From: Amoebophrya sp. A120
Taxonomy: Eukaryota > Protista > Dinoflagellata
Assembly (NCBI GenBank): GCA_905178155.1
Contig: CAJINV010000019.1
Span: forward strand, 14,237-78,236
Length of the DNA stretch: 64,000 nucleotides
Direction: 5' to 3'
A program made the translations under genes and the position numbers. The notes under the pieces were generated by a model. It was not told the origin of the DNA, searched no databases, and saw only the letters and a program-made list of their open reading frames with translations. Below, one piece after another: positions 24,301 to 37,000 of this stretch (positions within the stretch are counted from its first letter, which is position 1; every line of letters begins with the position of its first letter).

Positions 24301-25319
24301 AACACAGAAAAATCTCTCATGCATGGGTAGCAAAAGCTGCCCACTTTCAGCCACCAAAGTGGGGGATTTGTCATGCGGATTCGGCATCGCGGAAGCTTCT
24401 CGAAACCTGTAATGCTAGAGCTTCCATGCCAGCCCTTCTGTGTCATGCAAAAACTACAGCATGACTCTTCCAGACCCAGACATTTTTACATTTGATACTT
24501 CAGCCGGTTTCTCGTTTTCTTCCACGCCGCCTTCGGCCACCGCTTCCTCGGTCGTCGTGTTCGTCGGGAGCGTTTCGTTGTTGCCACTAGTTTCGTAGGT
24601 GTAGATGGACCCCTTGTTGGAGGTGCCCGTCTGGTATAAATTGCAAAAGTATCGTACTCGTCGTATAAATGCATTACAAATTTCCTCAGCATGAGAGATA
24701 AAATTTGTAATGCTGATTTACCTTAAGAGAAAGACTTGTAATGCATGATTGCACTACGAGTACGATACTTTTGCACAGGATATCTGGACATCCAATTCCG
24801 TGTCGAGAAAACTGGCGTAGTGGCCGCTTTCGATGTGTTGCGACGACGGTTCGTCCGTGCCAGCATCTTCTTGCTCGGAATTCGCTGCACCGGGTATGAC
24901 AGTGCACGGCTTCCCTTCGTACGTTCCTCTAATTTTTTGTCGTGCAAAAATGAAACAATGACAATCCAGTTGTAGCCTCGTTGTAGCACTAAACGCGCAT
25001 GACAAATGACAGGAGCTACAGCTGGACAGTACTACAGTCCGTGCTGCCTGGAGCTGTCATGCAAAGAACACAAGTGCGCCCGGGTGGCGTCCATTGCCGT
25101 GTAAGTATGCCCTGCAAATTATGAGCAGGACGAGGGGATGAAATAGTTGTGCACTCTGATACCGAGTGGGGTCACGGAGATGGCCTGCTTCTCCAGCAGC
25201 TTTTCGGCCCGACCCTTCGTGGTGATGCCCTCGCCGCGAGCTTCGGCGACGGAAATAACACCGGCTGAGTTGAGCAGGAGGTTCAGAGCCGCGAAGTAGC
25301 CCGAGGCACGCAGTGCCAT
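21361..25319 (-). CDS. Putative secreted acidic protein with two EF-hands
   Basis: Signal-like MALRASGYFAALNLLL. EF-hand loops DANRDLVIDEAE (assembled across introner 21809) and DMDDDGRVTATE. Eight introners; last exon frame uncertain. Confidence 0.75.
21809..21969. mobile_element. Introner family D
   Basis: TSD ggtcg/ggtcg; splits an EF-hand loop. Confidence 0.88.
22083..22343. mobile_element. Introner family A
   Basis: TSD gcgcc/gggcc. Confidence 0.88.
22406..22729. mobile_element. Decayed introner
   Basis: Degenerate TIR (GAAAAGT..TTCATC); flanks cgttg/cctct. Confidence 0.65.
22787..23383. mobile_element. Introner family A with nested insertion
   Basis: TSD ctctt/ctctt; 597 bp, or 265 bp without the insert and one 17-bp repeat. 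Confidence 0.88.
23530..23740. mobile_element. Introner family G
   Basis: TIR TATC..AGAAAAAAGTGTTACAGTTACAC; TSD ttctt/ttctt. Confidence 0.9.
23883..24180. mobile_element. Introner family A (diverged)
   Basis: Flanks cttcg/tctcg. Confidence 0.82.
24240..24497. mobile_element. Introner family A
   Basis: TSD cttca/cttca. Confidence 0.9.
24635..24782. mobile_element. Introner family D
   Basis: TSD tctgg/tctgg. Confidence 0.9.
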
Positions 25320-26641
25320 TTTTCCACCCGGGTGGGGCGCCAATCCCGGCAAAGCCGGAGAAGGAAGACGCATCTTCTTGGAATGAACTCACTGTTTCTG
25401 ATCAGTTGTATGTTTTTTTTTGTTTTTGAAGGACGAAAACAGGGTAGAAGCTCTCCCTGCACAACGAGCGCTTCGATTCTCTCTTCTTCTGTCGATTTCA
25501 ATCAGTCAATACTTCTCGACGAGGATAAGTATGTCGATGTACTATCCACGTGCATCTTTTATTTGCTGCGGCAGAATTCCCGGTAATAAACGTAAAGCTG
25601 CTATAAGGCCCTTACAACATCTCCTAGAGCTGTGTCGTAACTTTCTCAGTAGAACTTCAACGAGACCCACGACAACGAACAACGGATTTTTTTCTTTCCC
25701 CTGACGACTTCACTCTCAGTTTGTGGCAACTACACTGTTTTTGCACGACCCACGCTCGTTCGCATGCTAACCAATGCCGAGGAGTTCCATGAGTGTATCT
25801 TTCTTCTAGCGAGTACAACCGACGTGGTGGACTTCTCGTACTTACTTTTAACAACAAATAATACGTGAGTACTCCGAGCAACGGCAGGAAGAGCAACACT
25901 GGTCGTGGGTCTTCGAGATCATGGAAACCACGAAAAGAAATCATCCTCTATCTGCTACCGTTGGACGGACTAACGAACAAACTTGAATCTGTTCATCTGC
26001 GTGCTGCTAGAAACTTGTTGAAATGCAGCTCCTGTGCTTGATTTTCAAACTTCGCATTGAAGCACTTAGCGGCTGACTCTGCCGTAAAGAGATCCTCGTG
26101 AGCGTCACTTTCTTAAGCCGCCAAATGGGCAGCTTGGAGACTGAGCCGTGTTTGGTCGTTCTCGTTGATACTGAGAGCAACATCGGTCGCCAAGTTATTA
26201 GGAATGAAAAGCATGAACCCATCCGGCGGGATGAATGCACAAAAATAGTTCTACCTGAATGAAGGGCACCAGCGGATTCCGATTCGTCGCGGGGATTACG
26301 AAGATTAGTTTTGCCACGAGGATTACGAAGACAAAATGTCGCTGCCGTTTTAGTGTGAAACAGGTTACTAAACAATGTGGTAATTATCGCCCTTCTCGTT
26401 CGCGAGGATCGCGGTTGGCTGGACAGCGCAGGCGCTTTGAGAACCCTGCAATTCTTGAGCCCCGACTGAGGATCATGTATTTGCTCTCTCCAACTCCATC
26501 TTGTGGCGGCGGGCCCTCGTGACCATCGGCGCAGCTGTTCTGGTCCGCTTTTCCTTGCCTCGGTCGCGGCCAGCAAATCGCGCTCATCGGCTGTTCATGC
26601 TTTTGGTTTATTCCGGCAAAGAAACCACTGGGTCGCTGTTA

Positions 26642-27488
26642 CTATTTGTCTTTTTTGCTCGTCCCCGTTTTATTGCCACCAGGTGGTGTTGACGGTGCTA
26701 CGGCTTTCACATTTCCTGCGGTATTTTTCCCGGCCCCAGCCCCACTGCTTGCTGTACCTTTATCCTGAGTAAAAACCTACCCACACCAGAGTCAGGATGG
26801 GGATTTTGCAACACAAACCTAGGAGTTTTGTGAGTCACGCATGACAAGTTGCACTCTGCAGTGTAGTGCAGGTTAGCAAGTGCAGCCGCGTCACAGATTC
26901 ATCTGCTCATCCTGTTCACAGCATCACAAATTCCAAAACACGACTGGAAATGGCTCTCATGCGGATGCGCATTACAAGTCTTCCTGTCTTTGCAAATCTG
27001 CATTACAACTCTGGTGTGGGTACGTTTTTACTCAGGATAACCTTTTTCCATTTCCTTCATCTTGTCCGAGAAATTGTTCATCATCTTTTGCTATCAAAAG
27101 TAAAAGTGTCTGGGTCTGGAAACTTGTGATGCTGGGTGGCGTCTCATGATGAGGCTACAAATGCTGGCTCAGCATAACAAGTTTCTGAGCTCCTAGGTGT
27201 TGCCTATTCTGCATGACAAACTGCGCTTCTGCATCACAGAAAAACGGAGCTCTTGGGTAACGTGCGTGACAGATTTAAGAGTCATGCCAGACAAGCATGA
27301 CAAACGTGAATTCTTCCAGACCCAGACATTTTTACAGTTGATAGTTGCAGCTGCACCACCAGGAAAAAGCCCAGCGGCCCCGCCTGCCCGTAGCTCCAGT
27401 CGAGACACTGCATCAGTGCCGTGGTGAGCAGAATTCCCAGCGCGAGAAAACCCAGGAAAACCGGGATGCGGTCGAGGTTGATCTTCAT
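26642..27488 (-). CDS. Small membrane protein (~105 aa, two hydrophobic segments)
   Basis: MKINLDRIPVFLGFLALGILL...VQLQ(K/Q)MMNNFSDKMKEMEKGTASSGAG...SKKDK* after removing two introners +5 nt. Confidence 0.7.
26761..27039. mobile_element. Introner family B
   Basis: TSD acctt/acctt. Confidence 0.9.
27092..27343. mobile_element. Introner family A
   Basis: TSD tttgc/gttgc. Confidence 0.88.
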
Positions 27489-28434
27489 CTTTCGTGTTTT
27501 GTCGTAGTACTACTTTGGTATTGCTAATTCTATTTCAGTACGTGCGTCAAATGAAAATGATATAAACTACGCATTTAGAAACTGTTGGAGAAGTAGAGGT
27601 GGAGTCCTTTCAGTCACGTCTGACACAGGCCTATCTAAGTTGCAGTAGACAAAAAATAGAAACTGTTGCTATCCTCGAGAACGTGACGGATAAGTGTCTA
27701 GGCGTGGATCACCAGAGCGGCTATGCACTTTCTTCAACCGATCGCGTTGATCATCTTCAATTGTCTTTTTCTTCATGTCGACGGTGCAAACACAAAGGAA
27801 CTTCAAATTAGCAATTTTACGATAGGAGCTTCGAGCCTTGACTGCGCTAAAGTAGTGTTAGATTCTCTGTCACCCGCGAGCAAACAAATTCAAAATCGTG
27901 AAGATGCTTTCGGACCGCATGATCCGCAGGGGAACTTTCCATGCCTGTTGATCCTGTCCATTGGTCCAGAGGATGAATGAAGGAAGCAGATCCAGACGGT
28001 AGAAACAAATAGAACTACTACATTCATACATTTCATTCCGTTCTGCCCTTTCTTGTTCTGACGATCTGAAAACTTGGCGTTGCCACTACGCAACACAAAC
28101 AACTTTTCCACTTGGTCATGCCGGCACTTGCCGCTAGTTTGATTCAGGCATGGGCTGCGGCACGCTGCAAGACCACCTACATTCGCTTTATTGCGACTCT
28201 ACTTTCATCCATCGTACAGGTACACGAAACAGAGCCGGTGGTCCTTGCATTCAAAAAAGCACAGTGCTAGAGCTACTAGTAGCAGGTGTTAGTATTTTTT
28301 ATTGTTTCTCTTTTCTGCGCATAGTACTTACACTTAGTTTTGTCTTGTTGACTTGACGTTGACAAAAAGGAAAATCTGTAAACTCGAATGTTGTACGTTT
28401 CTAGCCTATTCTCGGCACTCGTTCCGTTCGTCTC
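27107..28434. repeat. Source copy of the inverted duplication at 1..1328
   Basis: Reverse complement of 1..1328. Confidence 0.95.
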
Positions 28435-28719
28435 GTACGTTACCCCTGGACATACTCGCTATGCAGCTCTGCTTCCATTCAGTTCACCACTTTCTGGACG
28501 GCGGGAGATAACTAGTTGTATTTTTACTTCTGACGGATTCCGATTCGGATTTTCAAGGAGCCATATCGAGACAGTCCTTGAGCAGGCACATGAGGAGGCA
28601 TAAATTTCACCATTTGAACCGGAGGTCACGGCAAGCATAATTCCAGCTCTCATCTTTCCAGAAACTGTGCAACAAGTACTAGAGCTACCTCGCAAAAGTT
28701 GCACGTTGTGTATAACAAC

Positions 28720-31700
28720 TTATTTATCTTCTTTCTCCATCATTCTCGGGGTCACTTCTAAATCTTCAAATTTCGTATGCAGTGCAAAAGTATCGCACTC
28801 GTATAAATGCATTTCCGCAGCATGAGAAATAAAATTTGTAATGCTGATATACCTCAAGAAAAAGACTTGTAATGCATGACTGCAATACGAGTACGATGCT
28901 TTTGCACTTGATATTTCGAATCGAACAGCAAATTCTCCTCCGGGTCCGCTTCCGCAAAGAGCTCGGGTAAATTACCCTTCCCAATCTGCTCCAAACGCTT
29001 TTCCTGCCGCGGACCCTGATAAAACTGCTTCACGTTGTTTTCCACCAAAATTTCCGCCGCTTTGAAAGCTTGGTGCGGGGTATGGAATAGGTGAGGTTTC
29101 TTTCTACGAAGGAGCAGGGACAAGGACCGAGTTCGCGTAGAAGTAAGAGTAAGTTGTATTAACAATCTAGTATTGATTCATCTATCTGCGATATCCGACC
29201 GCATAAGCATGCATATGCAACCTTCTAGAAATACAACAACATGACAATGCGATTCCACCAAACATCAAACACGTTCTCGACTCCCGCAGCCCGCATGAGA
29301 AATGAGCTAAGTACTCAGCTGCATAAAAATCGCCAATCAAGTCCTCCACGTCCTCGATGCCGATGGAGAGGCGGACCAAATCCGGCGGTAGCGGATCGAC
29401 GTCCGCATCATCTTCTATGGCGTTTTCAAACCTTACGCTCTCAGCTGTTACATGATTTGTCATGCAAAATGACGATGAGCCGCCAGACGATCAAGCTGCT
29501 GCGCATGACAAATTCTCCAAAGGCTAGACAACATCGGAATCTGTGCCAAATTTGTGATGCGAGACTTGCAAGCTTGCCTCTTTGCAAATTTGTGTTTTTG
29601 CATCAGAAATTCATGTAACAGCTGAAAATGTAACGTTTTGGAACGCCATCGCCATATCTTCTGCGCTTTTCTCCTTCTTCGCGGCGTCCGCTGCATTTGC
29701 CCCCTTCACCTCGTTCGGCAAACTGGCGTGGCTCATGGAGACGGGCATTTCGCACACCGAGTGCACGTATCAAGTGCAAACGTGTCTGGGTCTGGAACAG
29801 AGCAACTTGTCATGCCGAATCTGAATCGTGCAAAAATCTGTGTTGCATGATTACCAAAAGCTGTCCACTTTTGACCTAATCGAGAGGCAGTTTCTCACGC
29901 AGGATAGGCATGATAGAACTAACACAGAATCCGTCATGCTATGTCCTACACACCAGACCTCATGGGTCATGGAAAACCTGCATGACAAGTCTGGCATTCT
30001 TCCAGACCCAGACATTTTTGCTGTTGATAGCACCGACCCGAAGGACACCGAAATCTTGAACAGACGCAGGGAGTCCAGCAGTCGCTTACTGAACTCGGCG
30101 TCGTCGGTATCAAAATGAAAAAAGCCCCCACCCCATATCAAATGGGAAATCTGTGATGCAGGATTTGTGTACACAAATGCGCGCTGTCTTGCAATACGGC
30201 ACCGCAGCCAGATCCGCAGCCTAGGGAGGGGCATTCCATTTGGGTCTAGGTGCTTAGCATTACAAACGGCTCCCCTTTAGGCCTAGCAACATGACAAATC
30301 GCCGCCATAATGGGGCGGAAGCTTCTGCCCTTGTCTTCTTGCAAGACAGATGTAATTTGTGACCTCAAATCCGCAACACAAATTTTTGGACACATACCTT
30401 TTCAATATGGGGAGGGGGAATTTTTCCTCTCAATAGTCGGTGGTGAAAGAAATCAAACAGCCGCACGCCCCCGGCGTCGTCTGCTTTCGGTGAATCTGTT
30501 CTTCCTCTTCGGTGAGCATCTGTTCCGCGATGGAGTGTAGTTCTTGTGGCTCCTCATCAGTATCAATCCGCTCCGTCCAATACAGCTTCAAGACTTTCTT
30601 ATGCCGCAACAGAAACGCCGCGACCTGCCGCGCGTTTTCCTGGGCTTTCTTCTGCCGTATCGCCAGGGTTTTGATGCCCCGCAGCAGCAGCCAGCAGTCA
30701 AAGGGCGCCAGCGCCGTGCCCTCGGCGTTCTGGTTGTAGGCCACCGCCTGCGCGAGCTCGGGGCACTTCACGGACAGCAAGCCACCCATGGTGTCCGAGT
30801 GGCCGCCCAGCCACTTGGTCGCGGAGTGCACGACCAGGTCCGCCCCGAGGTCGATATCCAGTGCAAATGTGTCTGGGTCTGGAAAAGCGCAAGGTTTGTC
30901 ATGCTAGGCTTGCAAGACTCTTAAGTATGTCTGTCATGCACGTTACCCAAAAGCCCCATTTTTCTGTGATGCAGAATAAGCAACACTTACACTTAGACTT
31001 TCAAAGCCCAGAAACTTGTCATGCGGAGCCATCATTTGTGGCCTCCACACATGCTCCGTCACTCAGCATTACAAGTTTCCAGACACTGACATGTTTGCAT
31101 TTGATAGTCGATCGGTTTGCACAGCAGCGGCCCCATGGCCGTGCAGTCCACGGAGAGCAGGACGTTGTTCTGCTCGCAAATTTCCGCGATGGCTTTGATG
31201 TCGGAGATATGGATTGGAAATACGTCTGGGTCTGGACGAAACCTGTGATGCAAGAAAGCAAATACTGAGCACACTGTAATGCGCTTTCCAGCATGACAAG
31301 ACTTTCCGGGGTGCTGAGTTGTGTACTCCGCATGAGAAACTCCGTTTTTGCATGACAGACGCGTGCAGGAGCTCCTCTTCGCGGTCACGCAATACAGAGG
31401 TCAGAATCATGCCAGACTAGCATGACAAATCTCGCAATGATGTCCCAGATCCAGACTGACATATTTGCATTTGATAAGAGATCTTCAAAAGCGGGTTCGA
31501 GGGAGATTCCAGGTGGAGCAGGATCTTTTGCTTGGATTTTTCATTTTCCAAATCGACCAGTCTCGTCCGCGCTTCACCGATCGCCTTCCTCACAGCCTCC
31601 ACGTTGTAGGTCGGAATGAAGTGCAGCTCCGCACAGAAACTCATTTTCGTCAGATATCGGTACATGCCCCCGTAGATGTCGTTCCCGCAGAAAATCACAC

Positions 31701-33319
31701 CGTCTTTCCCGACCAACCGCACGACCTATGACAGTTCACAACTCCCCCTTCCTCTCATTTGTATGGCATGGAAAGCAATACAAACACCTGCACCTGTGAA
31801 GCCAGTGCATGGCAAGCGAGTGTGCGTAATGTAGTACTTCTGTTTGGGCTTCCGGAATTTGTCATGCGAACAGTACCCAAGAGCAGCGCTTGGATTTGGT
31901 ATTGTGCATGACAAATGAGGGGGACGGGGAGGGGGAGTTGTGCACCCGCATACGACCTGCGCCAGCGCCGCCATCCCAGAGGTGAAGGCGAAGGTCGCGG
32001 TGGCCTTTTCCAGCAGGGCCGCGTGCTTTTCCAAAGCCGTTCTCGTCGGATTCCCCGACCGCGTGTAGTCATATTCCCCGAACGAGTCGGCGGTGGGCGC
32101 TTTGAAAGTCGCGGTCTGGTAGAGCGGGGTGGAGGAGGGTTTGTAGGGGTCATCCGGGCAGCCGTCGAAAACAACGACCTGGGATATGGGGTTCTCAAAC
32201 GTTACATTCTGAAATGTTACATGAATCTGTCATGCAAAAGCACCACCATCATCCTCACGATCAAGCTGCTCCGCATGACAAATTTGCGAAGGGCTAAGCC
32301 GAGCCTAAATCTGCGCCAAACTTATAATGCAAAAGGCGCAAAAATCATCTTCCTCCTTTCACTGTTGCCAGTCAGGCATTACAAATGCATGTTGTAACAG
32401 TTGAGAATGTAACAGTTGAGAACTCCATATGGGAGTCGGGCTTCAAAATGTTCTTGAAATCTTTGAAGTTCGGGCGCGGCGGGTAGGTGGGGATGGACTC
32501 GTAATTATCGTGTGGAACAACGCCCCCACCCGATAGTCAAAATGTTAACTCTGCTAGACAAATTAACAAGCTTTGGTTGTCGCGCATGACAAGTTTGGCC
32601 TCGACGTAGCATAATGCTGTTTCGCTAGTTCAGCAGCATCAAAGATGTAGCATATCATGGTGATTCGAGCATCACAAAGTCCAAAGCACGACTAGAAAGT
32701 GCTTCACATGTTGGGGCTCCGCATGAGAAATATTTTCAGCATGCAGATGTGCATTGCAACTATGGGGTGCGGACGTTTTTACATAGGATAGTAGTTCGTA
32801 GTTTTCGGCTTGTTCATTGGAAATTTGACGAAGCCTATCCTGTGCAAAAGTATCGCACTCGTATTGCAATCATGCATGACAAATCTTTCTCTTAAGGTAA
32901 ATCAGCATTACAAATTTTATCTCTCATGCTGACGAAATTTGTAATGCATTTATACGAGTACGATACTTTGGCAAGTCATAACGCCGACGAAGGAACGAAA
33001 ATTTGTTGTCGCGCCAGCGGAGTAGTAGACATCAAAGTTGTGGTGCTGGAAATTATGCGACAGGGGGAAATTATACTTCTCATGCTGACTCTGCATGAGA
33101 AGCTTGTCGTTTCTTTTTGGTGGTCCGGGGCAACCGCGCTTCATCACCGAGGGAAAGGACCACCCGCGCGTGCAAAGCATTTTTTCACTAAATTTGTGAA
33201 GCGTGTTGCACTGTGTGTTGACTGCGATAAGAAGGGACGAAATTCAGTTTTGACTGGTGTACCGAAAAGACACGACGTTGCTATCTTGTTGCAGCATATT
33301 TGGTTGTACAAGCAGACAT
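28720..33319 (-). CDS. metC: Cystathionine beta-lyase (Cys/Met metabolism PLP-dependent enzyme)
   Basis: Motifs TPLYQTATF, YDYTRSGNPTR, FTSGMAA, DIYGG, LESPSNP, HSATKWLGGHSD (PLP lysine), SFGSV, LVRLSIGIEDVEDL. Twelve TAT..ATA introns. Start codon 33319 is tentative. Confidence 0.9.
28776..28913. mobile_element. Introner family D
   Basis: TSD tttcg/tttcg. Confidence 0.9.
29081..29325. mobile_element. Decayed introner
   Basis: TATG...CATA ends only; removing element+5 gives DLIGDFHQAF. Confidence 0.65.
29416..29656. mobile_element. Introner family E
   Basis: TIR TATGGCGTT.TCAAACGTTAC; TSD tcttc/tcttc. Confidence 0.9.
29768..30029. mobile_element. Introner family A
   Basis: TSD gcacg/gcacc. 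Confidence 0.88.
30108..30435. mobile_element. Introner family C
   Basis: TSD gtcgg/gtcgg. Confidence 0.9.
30855..31106. mobile_element. Introner family A
   Basis: TSD gtcga/gtcga. Confidence 0.9.
31208..31476. mobile_element. Introner family A
   Basis: TSD ggaga/agaga. Confidence 0.88.
31727..31952. mobile_element. Introner family H
   Basis: TIR TATG..CACAACTCCCCCT; TSD cgacc/cgacc. Confidence 0.88.
32185..32429. mobile_element. Introner family E
   Basis: TSD tggga/tggga. Confidence 0.9.
32506..32790. mobile_element. Introner family B
   Basis: TSD gtaat/gtagt. Confidence 0.86.
32836..32980. mobile_element. Introner family D
   Basis: TSD aagcc/acgcc. Confidence 0.88.
33054..33298. mobile_element. 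Possible decayed introner
   Basis: TATGC...GCATA ends; removing element+5 joins MSACTTK to QHHNFDV in frame. Confidence 0.5.
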
Positions 33320-33776
33320 GTTTAGGGCTCGCACAGCTTTCGGTTTGCAACAGCAACACGCTTATCTCACATATTGTGCTCTCTCCACGACGTCATATTT
33401 GTAGATTCGAAGCGGAACCAAGTACCGCCTCGTCACTGTAGCTGCCAGGCAGCTACACGCACACTCACGACCCTCTCTAAAGGTCTACAGTTTTGTTTTG
33501 CCACTACTTCTATTGCAGTTTTAGAGCCTGTAGCGCTTCTTCTCGTCCGCAATCGAAAAGTGTCTTCGGGGGCACTAAACAAAGAACGCACAAGCCAGAA
33601 GCTGCAACTAGCACATCATGGACCGCAGCAAGCCGCAGCGGTCAGCTCGTCCTCACGTGATGTTTCAAACAGCTATCTTTTCTTCCAGCACTAAAAAGCG
33701 TCCGTGCAAAATCTTACAAAAGAAAGCAAGATGAAAGGAGCTATCCTTATCTTTTGTGTACTAGTGTGGTCAACAT

Positions 33777-33878
33777 CATGGGTTCAACATTTCGAATCTG
33801 GAGTTCATATTTTCCCGCATGGTGTCACTTGATTTCTGCATGGGTTCATTTGATTTCCGGATGGGTTCATTTGATTTT
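33777..33878. repeat. ~21-bp degenerate minisatellite (CATGGGTTCATTTGATTTCCG-like, ~5 units)
   Basis: Tandem units read directly in intergenic DNA. Confidence 0.65.
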
Positions 33879-34028
33879 ATTTCCGTAGTACCAGGCGGAG
33901 GTGCAGCGTCCCTGGCTGGAAGCCGATTGCGATTCAACGGTTTGGACGACCGCACAATTAGCTAAGAAGCCGATCTTCATGCCGTGCCGTGTACTAGCAT
34001 TCTCGCTGTGTGCTTTTCTTGCCTCTAC

Positions 34029-37000
34029 TTAAGCTATTCCCCGCTGCCCATGGTCGCACGGCGGCCCGGTGTACTTAATGTCGTTTCGAGGATGAATCCT
34101 GGCAGGACGAGTCTGTGAGTCACTGCTGTCACCGTTGCGGCTATTCCCCGACACCATTTCATGCACTTCAGGATTGCGACGGAGGCTGTCCCTTCTTTTC
34201 GCAGGAGGAGTACTGCTCATATCCCGCATGCTTGTCTTCGCTTGGAGATGGCGTTTAACATCTGCTCTGCCACTAACTTTAGCGCATTCGTCTTCTGACA
34301 CATCAGCAGTTCTTGCAGTACTTCTATCTTCGTCAGCATCGTCGTCAACTTCAAATTCTTTTTCGTCTGCTGCTGTCGTCTCATCTGCGGCAACGACATC
34401 GCTATCTTCAACTTGCTCGTCCTCTAGTTCGTTATCTTCATCCACCGGCTCTTCATCGTCCTCTTCCAATAACTCGTCGTGAGGACCACTTCCCAAGCAC
34501 TCATCTTTACCCACATGCTCCAACCCGATCGCGTTGCATGCTGTCCGGTCGAACAGAATCTTTTCCTCCAGTTCCAAACCTAGTTTAGCGCACGTGTTCT
34601 GCAGGTCCAACTGCTTGCGCCAAGACTCCTTCAGGGTCTCCTGAATCAAAATCAATTTCGCATTCAGAACCGCTTTCACATCCGGCGGAATGGGAATTAT
34701 TCTCGTACGTGTGCGGATCGTCGGTGTGAAGACGGATGAATTTTTGCCAGGGACATCAGTAGAGCCGCCAAAGTGCGCTGCTTTGTAGCATGTTGACGGC
34801 AAGGAAGATGAAAGAGCCGCTGTTTTCGTCGCGGAAAAAACTTGGGAGGCTTCGAAGCCAAACTTGCGCATTTCGACATCCTCTGCTTTATTTTCTGTTA
34901 TCAAGGGAGCAAGAACTTCGTAACGGAAATAATCCGCGTAGAATTTCAAAGCTACCAGCACGTCTTCCACATCCGGCAACTCGGACACCGCGGTAAGGTA
35001 GTGGACAGAAAGATCGCTGCTCGTATTCTGATTCAGCCTTTCGAGACACGAATAGAAGTGCCTTCTGCCCGTCGCGAGAGTTGTGTGGTCCTCGTTTCGC
35101 GTTCTTTCCTCGTCTAGTTGAAGCAAGCCCGTGCGCTCTTGCCCGGTAGTATTTTTCGCCGCATGTCTCACTCTTATCTTTCTCCGCACAGTCCCGCAGT
35201 CCAGCATTCCGTCCCGCAACGCGATCGCTAGTCTGCAGACGTGCTTCGGTTTTGTTTTCGGATTTTCAAGCACTGCTGTTGTCCACTTCTCCAAGAACAA
35301 TTCGGAAAAATCCTCCGCAGGGAGCACACTACTCGCCGCCTTTACCGCGACTATCAGGGCTTGGGGAGACAGAGGCAGAGCGGTTGTTTCAACACTAGGT
35401 TCTTGCAGACTTGTGTCGCTGTTTGTGGTCGCTTCGCCGTTATCTTTTACATTTTTTCCTTGGATATTATGGTCAATGAGAAGGATTATCTCCGTGATCC
35501 GAGAGAAAAGCAACTCTCTGTCCGCTGCTAACAAATTCGAGCTCGTGCTGTATTTCGTGACTGCAACGGAAAGCAGCGCGGGGAGCAAGTTGGGAGTGAC
35601 TTGGTCTAGCGCCAGAAGCTGTTCTCGAGGACGTTCGGCGGCACCATGAGGTGATGAAAAAAATGATGTTCTTCTTTGGCAGCTCTCTGACAGCGCTGCT
35701 CCACTTTCACTTTTTCCGCCCAACAACCAATGATTACTCCGACCATGCGAGGAGTACTGAATTATCGCTAAGGCGATGGCGTCGGCCGAGAACGACATTC
35801 GATTTTGACGGATGCATTCTTTTCCATCATAACCGTCTTGTAGTTGTACCTCTTCTAGGATGTTGGCACCGTCTCGAAGAGGAACCTGCACTATCGAGTC
35901 TTCCAAAATCGCAAAGCGAATGTGTTCGGGTATTGTAGCAGGAGATATGCCTTCCCCTTCTCCACTTCCTCTACCATTTTCTTTGACACGTTCGTCCTCA
36001 GCATCAGCCCCACTACTTGCGAGAGCATTATGACTACGACCACTTGCTGCAACATGCTGGTCCTCGCCTATCACAGCCAAACTATGCGCTTCGAAAATCC
36101 TGTTTTCAAACGCTCTTCGGACGTTAAGATCCGGATTCCGGCGTAATAGTTCCGAGACGAAGTATCAAAAGGAAAAATCCCCCCTCCCCATATCGAAAAC
36201 GAAATTTGTGGTGCTGCATTTGAGTACACAAATCGACTTGAGTAACAAGGTGATCTGAGTAACCACTAGCGGCATTTGAGTAATGCTAGAAGGCCAAGAG
36301 ACGCAGCTGTGGCCTCGTTTGCAGGCAATTTGTCCTGCTGTTTCCCACTTCCAGCTGCCCCCTGTTATGCTGAAGATGCAAGGCTTTCCCACGCCAACCA
36401 GCACTACAGCCCGCATCTTTTCCCTTCTAGCATGACAAAGCTGATTTGTGACCACAAATCTGCATCACAAATTTCTAGTTTGAGTATGGGGTGGGGGGAT
36501 TTTTCAGTTTGATACGAAGACCAAATCTTGCACTTTGAAATCGTAGTGCTCCACCAAAGCTTCCAAGATAATCGGCGAGACGCCGAGGGATTTCACACTG
36601 CTTGTGGTGGTGCAGATGCGTGACGGAGAGGGAGACAGGAGTTTGTCCTTTATGTGCGACTGTGAATGAGAACTTGATGTGAAAGATGAACTCCTGTTGC
36701 AGTTTCCAGTTGTCTCAGGTTCATCGCTGCTGGCGTTTTCGCCGCATTTCCCCGGTCCGGGTGTGGTCGCAGCAACATGCGCATTGTTCCCTCGGTTGTC
36801 CGGTAATTGCGACAGGACTTCCAGTATCCGGTGCAAAAGTATCGTACTCGTACTAATTGCAAGCTTGCATGACAAACCTACCTTTTTAGCCGAATTAGCA
36901 TTACAAATTCCACCATTCTTCTTTCTGATAAAATTTGTAATGCAATTACTATCTATTATATTCATGCGAAAAAAGAGGTCTACAGAGGGTCGAAGAGAGG

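Noticed and set aside
13121-33053. Universal CG 3' splice dinucleotide in decayed introners
   Set aside because: Seen in 3 of 5 tails, but acact and atttc are counterexamples.
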